Origin: Minisyncoccota bacterium
Lineage (GTDB): Bacteria > Patescibacteriota > Microgenomatia > UBA1400 > UBA12028
Assembly (NCBI GenBank): GCA_016211945.1
Contig: JACRHV010000006.1
Span: 146,093-210,092, forward strand
DNA: 64,000 nt
Direction of reading: 5' to 3'
Within the stretch, counting starts at the first letter, position 1; the number at the start of each line of letters is the position of its first letter. The notes beneath the pieces were generated by a model. The model had not been told where the DNA came from. It saw only the letters and a program-made list of their open reading frames with translations, and searched no databases. The position numbers were made by a program, and so were the translations under genes. Positions 30,011 to 39,497 of the stretch are shown piece after piece.

Positions 30011-30850
30011 CTAGCGTGAAAGACCAAAGAAAAACTGTTTGATTTTCATATTTTCTTCTAAAATGGTTTGATACTTTGGTTTTGCCAACTCTTTTTGCAT
30101 GTACTCATACCGAGGCTGATTTCCTACGCGCCAGACTCTCTTTACTTTTTCTGGTGGAGTATCTGAAGTAGCAGCTACTCGTTGTTTTGTCCAAACCTGT
30201 TTTGTCCTATCATTGGGGTCATCCTGCCACATCTCTACTTCAGTTTCTAAATCAACATGTGATCCAGCAGCTTTTTCGTCGGGTCCCAATGTAAGTGCGA
30301 GAATCAGATTCTCAATGGTTGTCATCCGTGCTTCTGTTGTTCCCTGTTCAAAAGAGTCTTGAGTAAAATCATGTGTTTTTTTAAGCAAATCATTCCCAAT
30401 ATATTTCACAGTGTTCACAATTTCACCAAGATTGAAAGGAGATTCATGTTTATCTATCGCGCGTCTTCTATTCTCTTTGTAACTTTCTGGTGGTCGGTGT
30501 ATTGCCCAGGAGACATCACTCTTACTCTCACTCTTTAACTCGGAAATGGCCATATGAATATAAAATTGTATGGCTAACCCCACCTCTTCGGGAGTAAGCG
30601 ATGCATCTCTCGTGAAGTCATGATTACTAATGCTAGTAACTTTATCAGAACTCATTTTTTTTAATGCTTCTCCAACAACGGTCGTAATGCTTTTTAACAC
30701 AGTCGTCACTCTTTCCCTATCCCCACAGGCTGTTTCTAATGCATGTTGTGTTTGCTTCACAATATCTGGACCTAGGTTGAGAAGCAACAAATCAAACTCA
30801 CTCCTCTTAACTTCTGGAACAAGCCGATCAGTATCGAGTTTTCCTGACAT
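30011..30850 (-). CDS. Hypothetical protein
   Basis: Long ORF; SD AAGGAG before MSGKL. Confidence 0.7.
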   Translation of the reverse strand: MSGKLDTDRLVPEVKRSEFDLLLLNLGPDIVKQTQHALETACGDRERVTTVLKSITTVVGEALKKMSSDKVTSISNHDFTRDASLTPEEVGLAIQFYIHMAISELKSESKSDVSWAIHRPPESYKENRRRAIDKHESPFNLGEIVNTVKYIGNDLLKKTHDFTQDSFEQGTTEARMTTIENLILALTLGPDEKAAGSHVDLETEVEMWQDDPNDRTKQVWTKQRVAATSDTPPEKVKRVWRVGNQPRYEYMQKELAKPKYQTILEENMKIKQFFFGLSR

Positions 30851-30892
30851 AACGCTCCTTGCTTTACTATTTATCTGCATTTCTAGCATATA

Positions 30893-31002
30893 TGGTATAA
30901 TCCCCAAGTACAAGAAGCTTTTCTCGCCCTGCGGCGCACCAATTTGGGGAAATCCCATTGCGCACTCGCAAGAGACAACGCTCGGCAGAGATAGGAGGAA
31001 CT
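30893..31002 (+). promoter_or_regulatory. rpsO promoter and structured leader (candidate S15 autoregulatory element)
   Basis: TGgTATAAT 30893-30901; multi-helix leader closed by TCTCGCC/GGCAGAGA just before SD AGGAGG. Confidence 0.6.
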
Positions 31003-31272
31003 ATGGCACTACCAACAGTTGCCAAAACAAAAATCATTAAAGACTTTGCCACAAAGGCGGGAGACACGGGTTCCCCGGAGGTTCAAGTCGCATTGCTGAC
31101 CAATAAGATCAACATGTTAACGGATCACCTCAAGAAACACAAGAAAGACAATCACTCTCGCAAGGGCCTCTTAAAGATGGTCGCCAAGCGTCGTCGCCTT
31201 CTCAACTTCTTGGAACGTCAAGATGAAAAGCGCTACAAGGTTTTGATTAAGAAACTCGATCTTACGAAGTAA
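31003..31272 (+). CDS. rpsO: 30S ribosomal protein S15
   Basis: [36 protein letters not shown]. Confidence 0.99.
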   Translation: MALPTVAKTKIIKDFATKAGDTGSPEVQVALLTNKINMLTDHLKKHKKDNHSRKGLLKMVAKRRRLLNFLERQDEKRYKVLIKKLDLTK

Positions 31273-31273
31273 A

Positions 31274-31325
31274 TTCGTTTTCTATTTCATCAGTTTTCCT
31301 CGAGGAAAGTTGATCTCAAAACGAA
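31274..31325 (+). terminator. Long hairpin after rpsO
   Basis: TTCGTTTT...ATCAG-TTTTCCTCGAGGAAAG-TTGAT...AAAACGAA; no clear U tract. Confidence 0.45.
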
Positions 31326-31745
31326 ATGGCTAATTTGTTAGGATTAAATTCGGTAGTTAAAAGTTCGTTCACTTAACCACATAATTTCGCAGGACATTGA
31401 TCTCGTTGTAGGACAGGGCAATCTTGATCACTACCTCAAGTATACCTCAAGAATTCCCGGGCACACCAGAGGGAAAGTGTCATTTCGTGGTTTAAGTCGC
31501 TATATATACACGTCTTCATGTGTTCCCATCATATAAAAGTATGCGTCACTATCAAAAAGGATGCGCGTATTTAAATACGATCAAGTACGTTCTTTACGGA
31601 AGATCCGACAACATATAGACCCTTTTTTCAGAAATAAGTGACATTTTGTATGTTTTCTCTGTTTTGGCATGTGCACGGAAAACAGGAATATATTCCTGTT
31701 TAAGATCGCTTACCACGAGGTGTCGAATATATAGCCAAGAAAAAA

Positions 31746-32066
31746 CTATTCGCTTTTATTTAACTCATTTGGAGATAGCTGTAATCTACCAGCAATTTGC
31801 TCCAAGGCTTCCCAATAGTTGTAGGAGAGCTGATCGAGTTTATTAAAATCGAACCTATCTTTATCTTGAATCTCTTTTCTCTGTTCTCCACCGAAGGGTT
31901 TATCACCAAGGCCTTCAAGTAACTCGAGAAGATTTTTTAAAGTAGAGATGTGATATTCCTTACGTTCAAGGTATAGCTGTTTTGCTTTCTCAACATCTTC
32001 TAGTGTGAAGGTTTTCATATACGGATTATTAGTTGGGTTTTGTACTACTGCATCTACATCATTCAT
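31746..32066 (-). CDS. Hypothetical protein
   Basis: 106-aa helical ORF with SD GGAG; AT-rich. Confidence 0.65.
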   Translation of the reverse strand: MNDVDAVVQNPTNNPYMKTFTLEDVEKAKQLYLERKEYHISTLKNLLELLEGLGDKPFGGEQRKEIQDKDRFDFNKLDQLSYNYWEALEQIAGRLQLSPNELNKSE

Positions 32067-32135
32067 ATACTTACTCCATTAGTACTTATATGGGCCCATA
32101 CTAACAGATAGGTGTATCGTAATCAATTAAGCACT

Positions 32136-32310
32136 TTCATTCGTAAAGTGAAAACTAAAATTGGGGCTATAGCTGTTCAAATTGCTCGGAAAGAAAGTGG
32201 GAACATCGTTAGTTTACAGCATGTAGGTAGTGTTCCACACAGAAACCGATGTGTGAAGCTTACTTGTATTGGCTAGAGCACAAATTCATAGAGATCAATT
32301 GTCGTTTTTT
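32136..32310 (+). pseudogene. Decayed IS1634-type transposase N-terminal fragment
   Basis: FIRKVKTKIGAIAVQIARKESGNIVSLQHVGS, then frameshifted ..LLVLARAQIHRDQLSF; no start codon. Confidence 0.7.
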
Positions 32311-32731
32311 ATGGTAAAAAAGTGACTTTTCCATGATTATCTGTATCCACTTCTCTAAAGGAAAACCATTTTTTGTAGTAGTCCTCATCACCTCTAAGTG
32401 CAACATTCACCATACAAAAATATTTCATATCCCAAGTGTTGCTATATTGTGGCAACTCCAATACAGTTTGTCCTGTTTGCAAATCGTTAATAACTCTTTC
32501 TGGAATAACATTTAATTTCTGTTTACACCAAGCAAATAAAATATTTTCTGGATTTTCATCTTTAGAACAGATAAAATCTGCTTGGAAAACAACGAAAAAA
32601 CCATAATCTGTAGAAATAAGATGGGCATTACAATCAGCGTCCACATTTTGAACTCTAAAAATTTCTCTTTTTAATGTTCCAACTGAGAGAAAATGAGAGA
32701 TAATTTTTTGAATTTCTTCAACTTTTACCAT
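32309..32731 (-). CDS. Hypothetical protein
   Basis: AT-rich ORF, probable start MVKVEE. Confidence 0.6.
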   Translation of the reverse strand: MVKVEEIQKIISHFLSVGTLKREIFRVQNVDADCNAHLISTDYGFFVVFQADFICSKDENPENILFAWCKQKLNVIPERVINDLQTGQTVLELPQYSNTWDMKYFCMVNVALRGDEDYYKKWFSFREVDTDNHGKVTFLP

Positions 32732-32830
32732 AGATAAACGTATTGCCTCACGATAAAATGTAACGAAACTACGAATTCGTTGCCTCAGTAATAATGTAAC
32801 ATCTCGCAACCTGTATGCAGTATAGCAATA

Positions 32831-32999
32831 TGGTACAATACTATACATAAAACGTAAAAGAATAGGCACGGGTACGTGCAGAGAAGAAAGGACTGGATTA
32901 CCTCGGGGAAATTAAGTATTCACATGTGCGCCTTTGCTCAAACAGCAAACTCTGGCAGATGCGAACACTGAATTTCTTCTCTGGTTCTCCACAATATAT
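32831..32999 (+). promoter_or_regulatory. pnp promoter and long leader closed by an 11-bp stem
   Basis: TGgTACAAT 32831-32839; CAGAGAAGAAA 32879-32889 pairs perfectly with TTTCTTCTCTG 32973-32983. Confidence 0.55.
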
Positions 33000-35411
33000 A
33001 TGAATAAACCAAATTTCTCGAATGTATATTCGAAAATTGTTCGCGTGGGCGACAAAGAGATTACACTCGAAGTTGGAAAGTTTGCAGAGCAGACAAGCGC
33101 CGCTGTGCTCGCCACATGCGGAGAGACCACGGTTCACGCAACTGTTGTTTCTGGTGGAGTAAGCAAGTTGGGGTACTTCCCACTTCAAGTGGAATACATA
33201 GAAAAGCTCTACGCCGGTGGTCGCATTAAAGGGTCCCGATGGGTCAAGCGTGATGGTCGGCCAAATGATGAGGCGGTTTTGAAAGGTCGTCTTATTGACC
33301 GATCTGTCCGCCCCATGTTCCCAACAGGCCTTATGAATGAGGTGCAGGCAATTGCGACGGTCCTTTCTGTTGATATGGAGAATGATCCGGATATGGTGGC
33401 AATGGTTGCGATCTCGGCCGCATTGAGTATTTCTGACATTCCATTTGATGGACCAATCGCAGGAATTCGCATTGGATTTGATAAAACATCACAAGAATTC
33501 GTGTTGAACCCAACCTATACGCAAAGAAAAAATTCTGACTTAGACTTAGTTGTTTCTGGTGCACAAGACGCCATTGTTATGGTTGAGGCTGGATGTAACG
33601 AGGTATCAGAAGAACTGATGCTTAAGGCATTCGCAAAAGCGCAGGAAGCAATTAATAGCATCGTGAGTGATATAGCAAAAATGGTAAAAGATGTTGGTCA
33701 AGAAAAATTTACATTCGACCCTATTTTGCCAGATGCAGAGCTTATGAAAACACTCGGCAAGAAATATGCCAAAGAGATAAAAGAATTTGTCCATCGCGAG
33801 GCGCTGTTAGAAGATGTGGGCGTTGATACGCTCGTCGCAAAAATTGTGGCAGATGATGAAACGCAAGATTTTAGTAAACTCAAGGAAGCATTCCACGAGC
33901 TAATTCGCGAGGAAGCTTGCCGACAGACTTTGGAAGACAGAATGCGCCCGGATGGCAGAAAACTCGACCAAATCCGCCCGCTCACCTGCGCAGTTGATAT
34001 TTTGCCAAGACCTCATGGCACGGCAATGTTCAAACGCGGTTCCACACAAGTGCTAACAATTACAACATTGGGTGCCCCATCATTGGGTCAGCTTATTGAG
34101 GACATGGAAGGCGAGGAAGAAAAGCACTACATTCATCACTACAGCATGCCTCCGTATGCTTCTGGTGAGGTCGGCCGCATTGGGAGTCCCAAGCGCCGGG
34201 AGATCGGACACGGGGCGCTCGCAGAACGCGCGCTTTGGCCAATGATTCCTCCACAAAACGAGTTTCCGTACACCATTCATGTGGTCTCTGAAGTAATGAG
34301 CTCAAACGGTTCAACATCGATGGCCTCGACTTGTGGAAGTACGATGTCGCTCATGGCGGCAGGTGTCCCACTGAAAAAGCCGGTTGCTGGTATTGCGATG
34401 GGTCTCATGACCGATGGAAAAAGCAACTATGCAGTGCTTTCTGACATTCAAGGAATGGAAGATCACACCGGTGATATGGACTTCAAGGTTGCCGGAACCG
34501 CAGATGGTATTACCGCACTCCAAATGGATATTAAAGTGAAAGGAATTTCGCTGGATATCATGACCGAAGCATTGAAACAGGCAAAGGTCGGTCGTATGTT
34601 TATCTTGAGTAAAATGCTTGAAGCCATTGCAGAGCCACGCAAGAGTTTGTCCAAGTATGCACCAAAGATTGTTCAAATAGAGATTCCATATGATCGTATT
34701 GGTGAGTTGATTGGTCCCGGCGGCAAGGTGATCAAGAATATTATTGCGGTCACCGGTGCGCAGGTTGACGTAGATGAGAACGAGGATCAAACCAAGGGCA
34801 TTGTTAATATTTCATCACAAGATGACGCATCTATTGAGAAAGCAAAGAGTTGGATCAGTGGCATGATGCGCGAGGTTCTTCCAGGTGAAGAGTTTGATGG
34901 AACCGTCACACGCGTTGAGCGGTTTGGATGTTTTGTTGAGTTCTTACCAGGAAAAGAGGGATTGGTACACGTTTCTCGTATGAGCCCAACATTTGTTTCT
35001 GATCCAAATGATATTGTGAAAATAGGCGACACAGTCCATGTGCGCTTAACTGAGATTGATGATCAAGGTCGCAACAATCTTACGATGTTGACCAAAGAAC
35101 AAGAACAGCAAGCGCGTGAACAACGCGAAAGCGGTGGTGGTCAAGGTGGCTTTGGCGGTGGAAACAGCGGCGGAAACGGCGGAGGTTTTGGCGGTGGCGG
35201 ACGAGGATATAGTGGTGATAGAGGCGGCCGAGGTGGATTCCGTGGCGGACGCGATGATCACAGAGGTGGTGGGGATCGAGGAGGCCGCAGTGGCGGCTTT
35301 GGCGGTGGACGGAGCTTTGGTGGAAATCGTGGTGGAAGCAGACCATCGTCTTCCGGATCATCCGGCGGCCAGCCATTTGGTGGATATAGTGAACAGAAGA
35401 AGTATGAGTAG
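33000..35411 (+). CDS. pnp: Polyribonucleotide nucleotidyltransferase with RGG-rich tail
   Basis: Two RNase PH domains (RLIDRS.RP, RREIGHG.LAERAL, SNGSTSMAS, GDMDFKVAGT), KH, S1. Confidence 0.98.
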   Translation: MNKPNFSNVYSKIVRVGDKEITLEVGKFAEQTSAAVLATCGETTVHATVVSGGVSKLGYFPLQVEYIEKLYAGGRIKGSRWVKRDGRPNDEAVLKGRLIDRSVRPMFPTGLMNEVQAIATVLSVDMENDPDMVAMVAISAALSISDIPFDGPIAGIRIGFDKTSQEFVLNPTYTQRKNSDLDLVVSGAQDAIVMVEAGCNEVSEELMLKAFAKAQEAINSIVSDIAKMVKDVGQEKFTFDPILPDAELMKTLGKKYAKEIKEFVHREALLEDVGVDTLVAKIVADDETQDFSKLKEAFHELIREEACRQTLEDRMRPDGRKLDQIRPLTCAVDILPRPHGTAMFKRGSTQVLTITTLGAPSLGQLIEDMEGEEEKHYIHHYSMPPYASGEVGRIGSPKRREIGHGALAERALWPMIPPQNEFPYTIHVVSEVMSSNGSTSMASTCGSTMSLMAAGVPLKKPVAGIAMGLMTDGKSNYAVLSDIQGMEDHTGDMDFKVAGTADGITALQMDIKVKGISLDIMTEALKQAKVGRMFILSKMLEAIAEPRKSLSKYAPKIVQIEIPYDRIGELIGPGGKVIKNIIAVTGAQVDVDENEDQTKGIVNISSQDDASIEKAKSWISGMMREVLPGEEFDGTVTRVERFGCFVEFLPGKEGLVHVSRMSPTFVSDPNDIVKIGDTVHVRLTEIDDQGRNNLTMLTKEQEQQAREQRESGGGQGGFGGGNSGGNGGGFGGGGRGYSGDRGGRGGFRGGRDDHRGGGDRGGRSGGFGGGRSFGGNRGGSRPSSSGSSGGQPFGGYSEQKKYE

Positions 35412-35418
35412 TTGAATA

Positions 35419-36030
35419 ATGAGTCAAACAGAGCAGAGACTACTGCCCCAATCCCTTAAGACGTTTAGCGTGGATAAGAGAAAAGCACAGCTTGATCTTC
35501 TTTTTGCAACAGTGATGGTGTCACTTGGAGTTCTATCATGGATTACACGGTTGACCGAGCAGGGAGCATTTGGGTATGGCCATCTTCAACAACTCTTGAC
35601 TCATTTGAAAATAATCAGTACAACAATGGAGTATTTCCAACACTCGATACCTGACTTTGCTTGGATTGGCGCCATAGCGGGGGCTACACTCTATATCCTC
35701 GGTTCATTATCTGAGGCAAGAAATACTTTTCTTATTCAAGTGCGAGGGAAAGATCTCCAAAAGAAATTAGTTGACAGTGAAATAAGTATTACGAGTCTAG
35801 CATTACTTTTCACCCTGATATTCTATATTTTTTATATGACTCATGAGTTCTCTCAATGCCGTGGAGTGGTCGAGGGAACATGTCAAATAGATGACTTTCG
35901 TGCATATACAGAAGCATTTCTTTCGGTATTAACATACACAATTTCTAGCAGGACATTCCTTTTTCTTTCCGCCATACACCATACGCAAAAAACTCTCAGT
36001 AAAGAATCTTCTACTCTTGTGCTACCATAA
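35419..36030 (+). CDS. Hypothetical membrane protein (VanZ/DUF2809-like motif)
   Basis: About four TM segments; HEFSQ...GT.QIDD..AY motif; resembles 59914-60609. Confidence 0.6.
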   Translation: MSQTEQRLLPQSLKTFSVDKRKAQLDLLFATVMVSLGVLSWITRLTEQGAFGYGHLQQLLTHLKIISTTMEYFQHSIPDFAWIGAIAGATLYILGSLSEARNTFLIQVRGKDLQKKLVDSEISITSLALLFTLIFYIFYMTHEFSQCRGVVEGTCQIDDFRAYTEAFLSVLTYTISSRTFLFLSAIHHTQKTLSKESSTLVLP

Positions 36031-36034
36031 CCAT

Positions 36035-37093
36035 ATGCCCGACGATCAAACACTTCTTCAAGAAATCCAAGTACTCCAACAAAAGGTTCAGCAGGCGACG
36101 CTTCCGGAAGAACTCAAGCTCAAGATAGATCAAATGATTGTTCGGTTGCAACGCATGGTTTCTCTTTCAAATTATACGGAAGAGTATGAGCGAACCTCAC
36201 ACTATATCGAATGGGTGGTATCGCTTCCATGGGATAAAACCTCAACAGATATTCTTGATGTTCAAAAAACCAAGGAGGTGTTTGAGAAACATCACTACGG
36301 TATGCAGGATGTGAAGGATCGATTTTTAGAGTATGTCTCTGTCTTGGCGTTACGTGCGAAACAGAACAATGATAAGGGTATTGTGCACGCACCGGTTTTA
36401 CTCTTACATGGATTGGTTGGTACTGGGAAAACAACATTTGCATATTCTTTAGCAGAGGCGCTTGGAAGAAAAGTGGTTCGTATTCCGTTTGGCGGCATGA
36501 GTTCGGCCCGCGATCTGCGTGGGCAGTCTCGCCTTCACTTGGAGGCAGAGCCGGGATATGTGATCAAATCATTGCGATCCGCAGGTGTTCGCAATCCAGT
36601 CATTTTGCTTGATGAAATTGATCGTGTTTCCGATGAAGCGCGTGGTGAGATCATGGGTGTGTTGGTTGAGTTGCTCGATCCAGAACAGAACAGTGCATTT
36701 ACAGACAACTATATGGATTATCCATTCAATTTATCCGAGGCAATCTTTTTGGCGACATGCAACAACACCGAGAAAATCGCAACAGCTGTGTTTGATCGAT
36801 TAGAAGTGATTGAGATGCCGTCCTACACAGACAAGGAAAAGATTGAGATTGCCCGGAACTACTTGTTGCCCAAAGCGTTGGAGGAAGCAGGTTTGACCAA
36901 AGAGCAAGTGACCATTGCAGAAGACGTGTGGCCGCTCGTGGTTCGTCCGCTTGGATTTGACGCGGGTATTCGTACCTTACAACGTACGATTAAAGGTGCG
37001 GTGCGTAAGGCCGCACGGCAGATTGTGGAAGGAGCGGTACAAAGGGTAGAATTAACACAGGCGAGCATTAAAGAATATTTGCCATCGTATTAA
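36035..37093 (+). CDS. Lon-type AAA+ ATPase lacking N-domain and protease domain
   Basis: YIEW...LPW, HYG...VK.R.LEY, G.VGTGKT, NPVILLDEID, LDPEQN..F.D.Y; ends after the alpha domain. Confidence 0.9.
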   Translation: MPDDQTLLQEIQVLQQKVQQATLPEELKLKIDQMIVRLQRMVSLSNYTEEYERTSHYIEWVVSLPWDKTSTDILDVQKTKEVFEKHHYGMQDVKDRFLEYVSVLALRAKQNNDKGIVHAPVLLLHGLVGTGKTTFAYSLAEALGRKVVRIPFGGMSSARDLRGQSRLHLEAEPGYVIKSLRSAGVRNPVILLDEIDRVSDEARGEIMGVLVELLDPEQNSAFTDNYMDYPFNLSEAIFLATCNNTEKIATAVFDRLEVIEMPSYTDKEKIEIARNYLLPKALEEAGLTKEQVTIAEDVWPLVVRPLGFDAGIRTLQRTIKGAVRKAARQIVEGAVQRVELTQASIKEYLPSY

Positions 37094-37111
37094 GTAGGCC
37101 TCGAAACATGT

Positions 37112-37738
37112 ATGACAAAAGCAGATGAACTTCAAAAAATTCGTGAACAGCTCGAAGCTGACTACGCCTCACTCCCCCTCGTAACCAAAGCAACAGACAC
37201 CGTTCCCGGTGAAGGAAATCCAAATGCAGAGATCATGTTTATTGGTGAGGCTGCTGGGCGTAACGAGGCTCTTTTACGCCGCCCATTTGTAGGATTGGCA
37301 GGTAAGCTTGTAGATAAACAACTGGAGGCGATTGGGATTCCTCGCAAAGAGGTGTACATCAGCAACGTCGTGAAATGTCGTCCGCCGGACAATCGCGATC
37401 CATTGCCAGAAGAGATTGCGGCGTTTGCGCCGTATCTGGATAAAGAAATTGAGGTAGTAAATCCAAAACTTATTATTACCTTGGGTAGATTTAGCATGGG
37501 GAAGTTTATTCCCGATGTAAAAATTAGTCAGATTCACGGGCGATTGCACAAAGTAAAGTTTCAGGGACAACTTCGGTTTGTCCTCCCATTTTATCATCCA
37601 GCGGCTGCAATGCGTCAAGGCAAAGTGATGGAGATGTTTGTGGCTGATTTTCAAAAAGTGCCAAAAATATTAGCGTATGTCAAAACAAAGGAAGCTGATG
37701 AAGCATTTGTTGATGACATTAAAGATGCGCTGTTATAG
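37112..37738 (+). CDS. Uracil-DNA glycosylase family 4
   Basis: FIGEA.G..E...RPFVG.AG, YI.NVVKCRPP.NRDP, YHPAA. Confidence 0.93.
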   Translation: MTKADELQKIREQLEADYASLPLVTKATDTVPGEGNPNAEIMFIGEAAGRNEALLRRPFVGLAGKLVDKQLEAIGIPRKEVYISNVVKCRPPDNRDPLPEEIAAFAPYLDKEIEVVNPKLIITLGRFSMGKFIPDVKISQIHGRLHKVKFQGQLRFVLPFYHPAAAMRQGKVMEMFVADFQKVPKILAYVKTKEADEAFVDDIKDALL

Positions 37739-37765
37739 CGCATGTGTAATCGAAAGGGAAAATTT

Positions 37766-39430
37766 ATGAATACACAAAAATTGCGGATTATTCCGTTGGG
37801 TGGAATGGGCAACGTCACCAAAAACATGTTTGCCTACGAATACGACGACGAGATCTTGCTCGTGGACTGCGGAATTGGATTTCCGGAACAGTATATGTTG
37901 GGCGTTGATGTGCTCATTCCCGATGTGAGTTATATTCAAAAACGATTAGGAGAGGGGGCAAGAATTGTTGGTCTTTGTCTCACACATGGACATGACGATC
38001 ACATTGCGGCGTTGCCGTACATTCTCCCCACACTTCCATCTGATTTTGAGATCTACGGTTCTCCGCTTACCGCGGCGTTTGCGCAGGCACGTATGGCAGA
38101 TAGCGGGGTTGAACGTAAAGTGCTTGTCTATGACGAGGATCGTCCATTTCAACTTGGAAAGTATTTTTCAGTTGAACCAGTGCGCGTAACGCACTCTGTC
38201 CCAGATACGCGTCATCTTATTATCACAACACCAGAAGGTGTGTGTTATCACGGATCAGATTTCAAGTTTGATATGAACCCAGTAGATGGAGTACGATCCG
38301 ACTTTGGAAAGATTGCAGCGGTTGGACAACATGGCATATTATGCGCATTAGTAGACTGTTTGCGTGTTGAGCGTGAAGTTTGGGCTCCATCCGAGTCAAC
38401 GATTTATAACACACTCGAACAAGAAATTCGTGACTGTAAAGGGAAGTTTTTTGTCACGCTCATGAGTTCAAATATTCACCGTGTTCAATTGGCAATTAAT
38501 GTTGCCATAAATCATGGGCGTAAAGTTGTTTTTATGGGACGTTCAATCGAGCAAAACGCGAAGATCGCGCAGGAACTGGGGATGTTGCGCATTCCAAAAG
38601 GTCTTCTTGTGAACAAGAAAAGTATGGAAGAGTATAAGGATGAGCAGTTGTGTGTCATTATTGCAGGAAGCCAAGGACAGCCGGGGTCCTCGTTAGTGCG
38701 CGCCGTGTATGGAGATCATCCGTTAGTAACGGTGACCAAACGAGACAAAGTTGTGTTCAGCACAGAGCCTATTCCTGGAAATGAAGGCAATGTCTACGGA
38801 ACAATCGACGAACTTTCGCGCAACGGTGTTGATGTTGCGTACTCTGATGTTGATGATGGACTACATGTCTCTGGGCACGCGGGGTTAGTAGAGCAACAAC
38901 TTCTCATTTCGTTGATGAAGGCGAAATATCTTTTTCCAATTGGCGGAACAGATCGCCACCGAGTGCAGTTTGCTAGGGTTGCACACGAACTTGGATACGC
39001 ACCGTCAAATGTGTTATTACCAGTTTCTGGGCAGGTTGTTGAATATACGATGAGTAAGGCGATGATGGGTGAAACTCTTACCTTAAAGGACTTGATGGTC
39101 GATGGACTCGGAGTTGGTGATGTTGGTGCTGTTGTCCTTGCTGACCGCAAGACCATGGCAGAAGAAGGTATGGTTACCGTCATTATTCCGGAGCAAGAAG
39201 GCCGATATGATTTCGATCATATCTATGTCGCAAGCCGTGGGTTTGTGTTTATGAAACAAGCGGACGAGATGGTGTCGGCGATTAAAGAAACAACATCGAA
39301 TGTGCTACGCGAGTTCGGTAATCTACAGGAAAATGATCTCAAGAAAAAAATTGAGAAGCAGTTAACGAAACGGCTGGGAGAACTGATTGGAAGAACTCCT
39401 TTGATTTTGCCGGTGTTTATGGAGGTGTAG
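37766..39430 (+). CDS. rnj: Ribonuclease J
   Basis: PLGG...V.KNM, VDCG..FP, THGHDDHI, HSVPD, GSQG.P.S.L, PIPGNE, HVSGH. Confidence 0.95.
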   Translation: MNTQKLRIIPLGGMGNVTKNMFAYEYDDEILLVDCGIGFPEQYMLGVDVLIPDVSYIQKRLGEGARIVGLCLTHGHDDHIAALPYILPTLPSDFEIYGSPLTAAFAQARMADSGVERKVLVYDEDRPFQLGKYFSVEPVRVTHSVPDTRHLIITTPEGVCYHGSDFKFDMNPVDGVRSDFGKIAAVGQHGILCALVDCLRVEREVWAPSESTIYNTLEQEIRDCKGKFFVTLMSSNIHRVQLAINVAINHGRKVVFMGRSIEQNAKIAQELGMLRIPKGLLVNKKSMEEYKDEQLCVIIAGSQGQPGSSLVRAVYGDHPLVTVTKRDKVVFSTEPIPGNEGNVYGTIDELSRNGVDVAYSDVDDGLHVSGHAGLVEQQLLISLMKAKYLFPIGGTDRHRVQFARVAHELGYAPSNVLLPVSGQVVEYTMSKAMMGETLTLKDLMVDGLGVGDVGAVVLADRKTMAEEGMVTVIIPEQEGRYDFDHIYVASRGFVFMKQADEMVSAIKETTSNVLREFGNLQENDLKKKIEKQLTKRLGELIGRTPLILPVFMEV

Positions 39431-39497
39431 TTTTTCATTGAATCATTCAGCATTTTTTCTTCTTGCTGATATGTTCTTTATATGGCACAATACAGAA

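Noticed and set aside
35130-35340. GGC/GGT-rich tandem repeat
   Set aside because: Explained by the Gly-rich coding tail of PNPase
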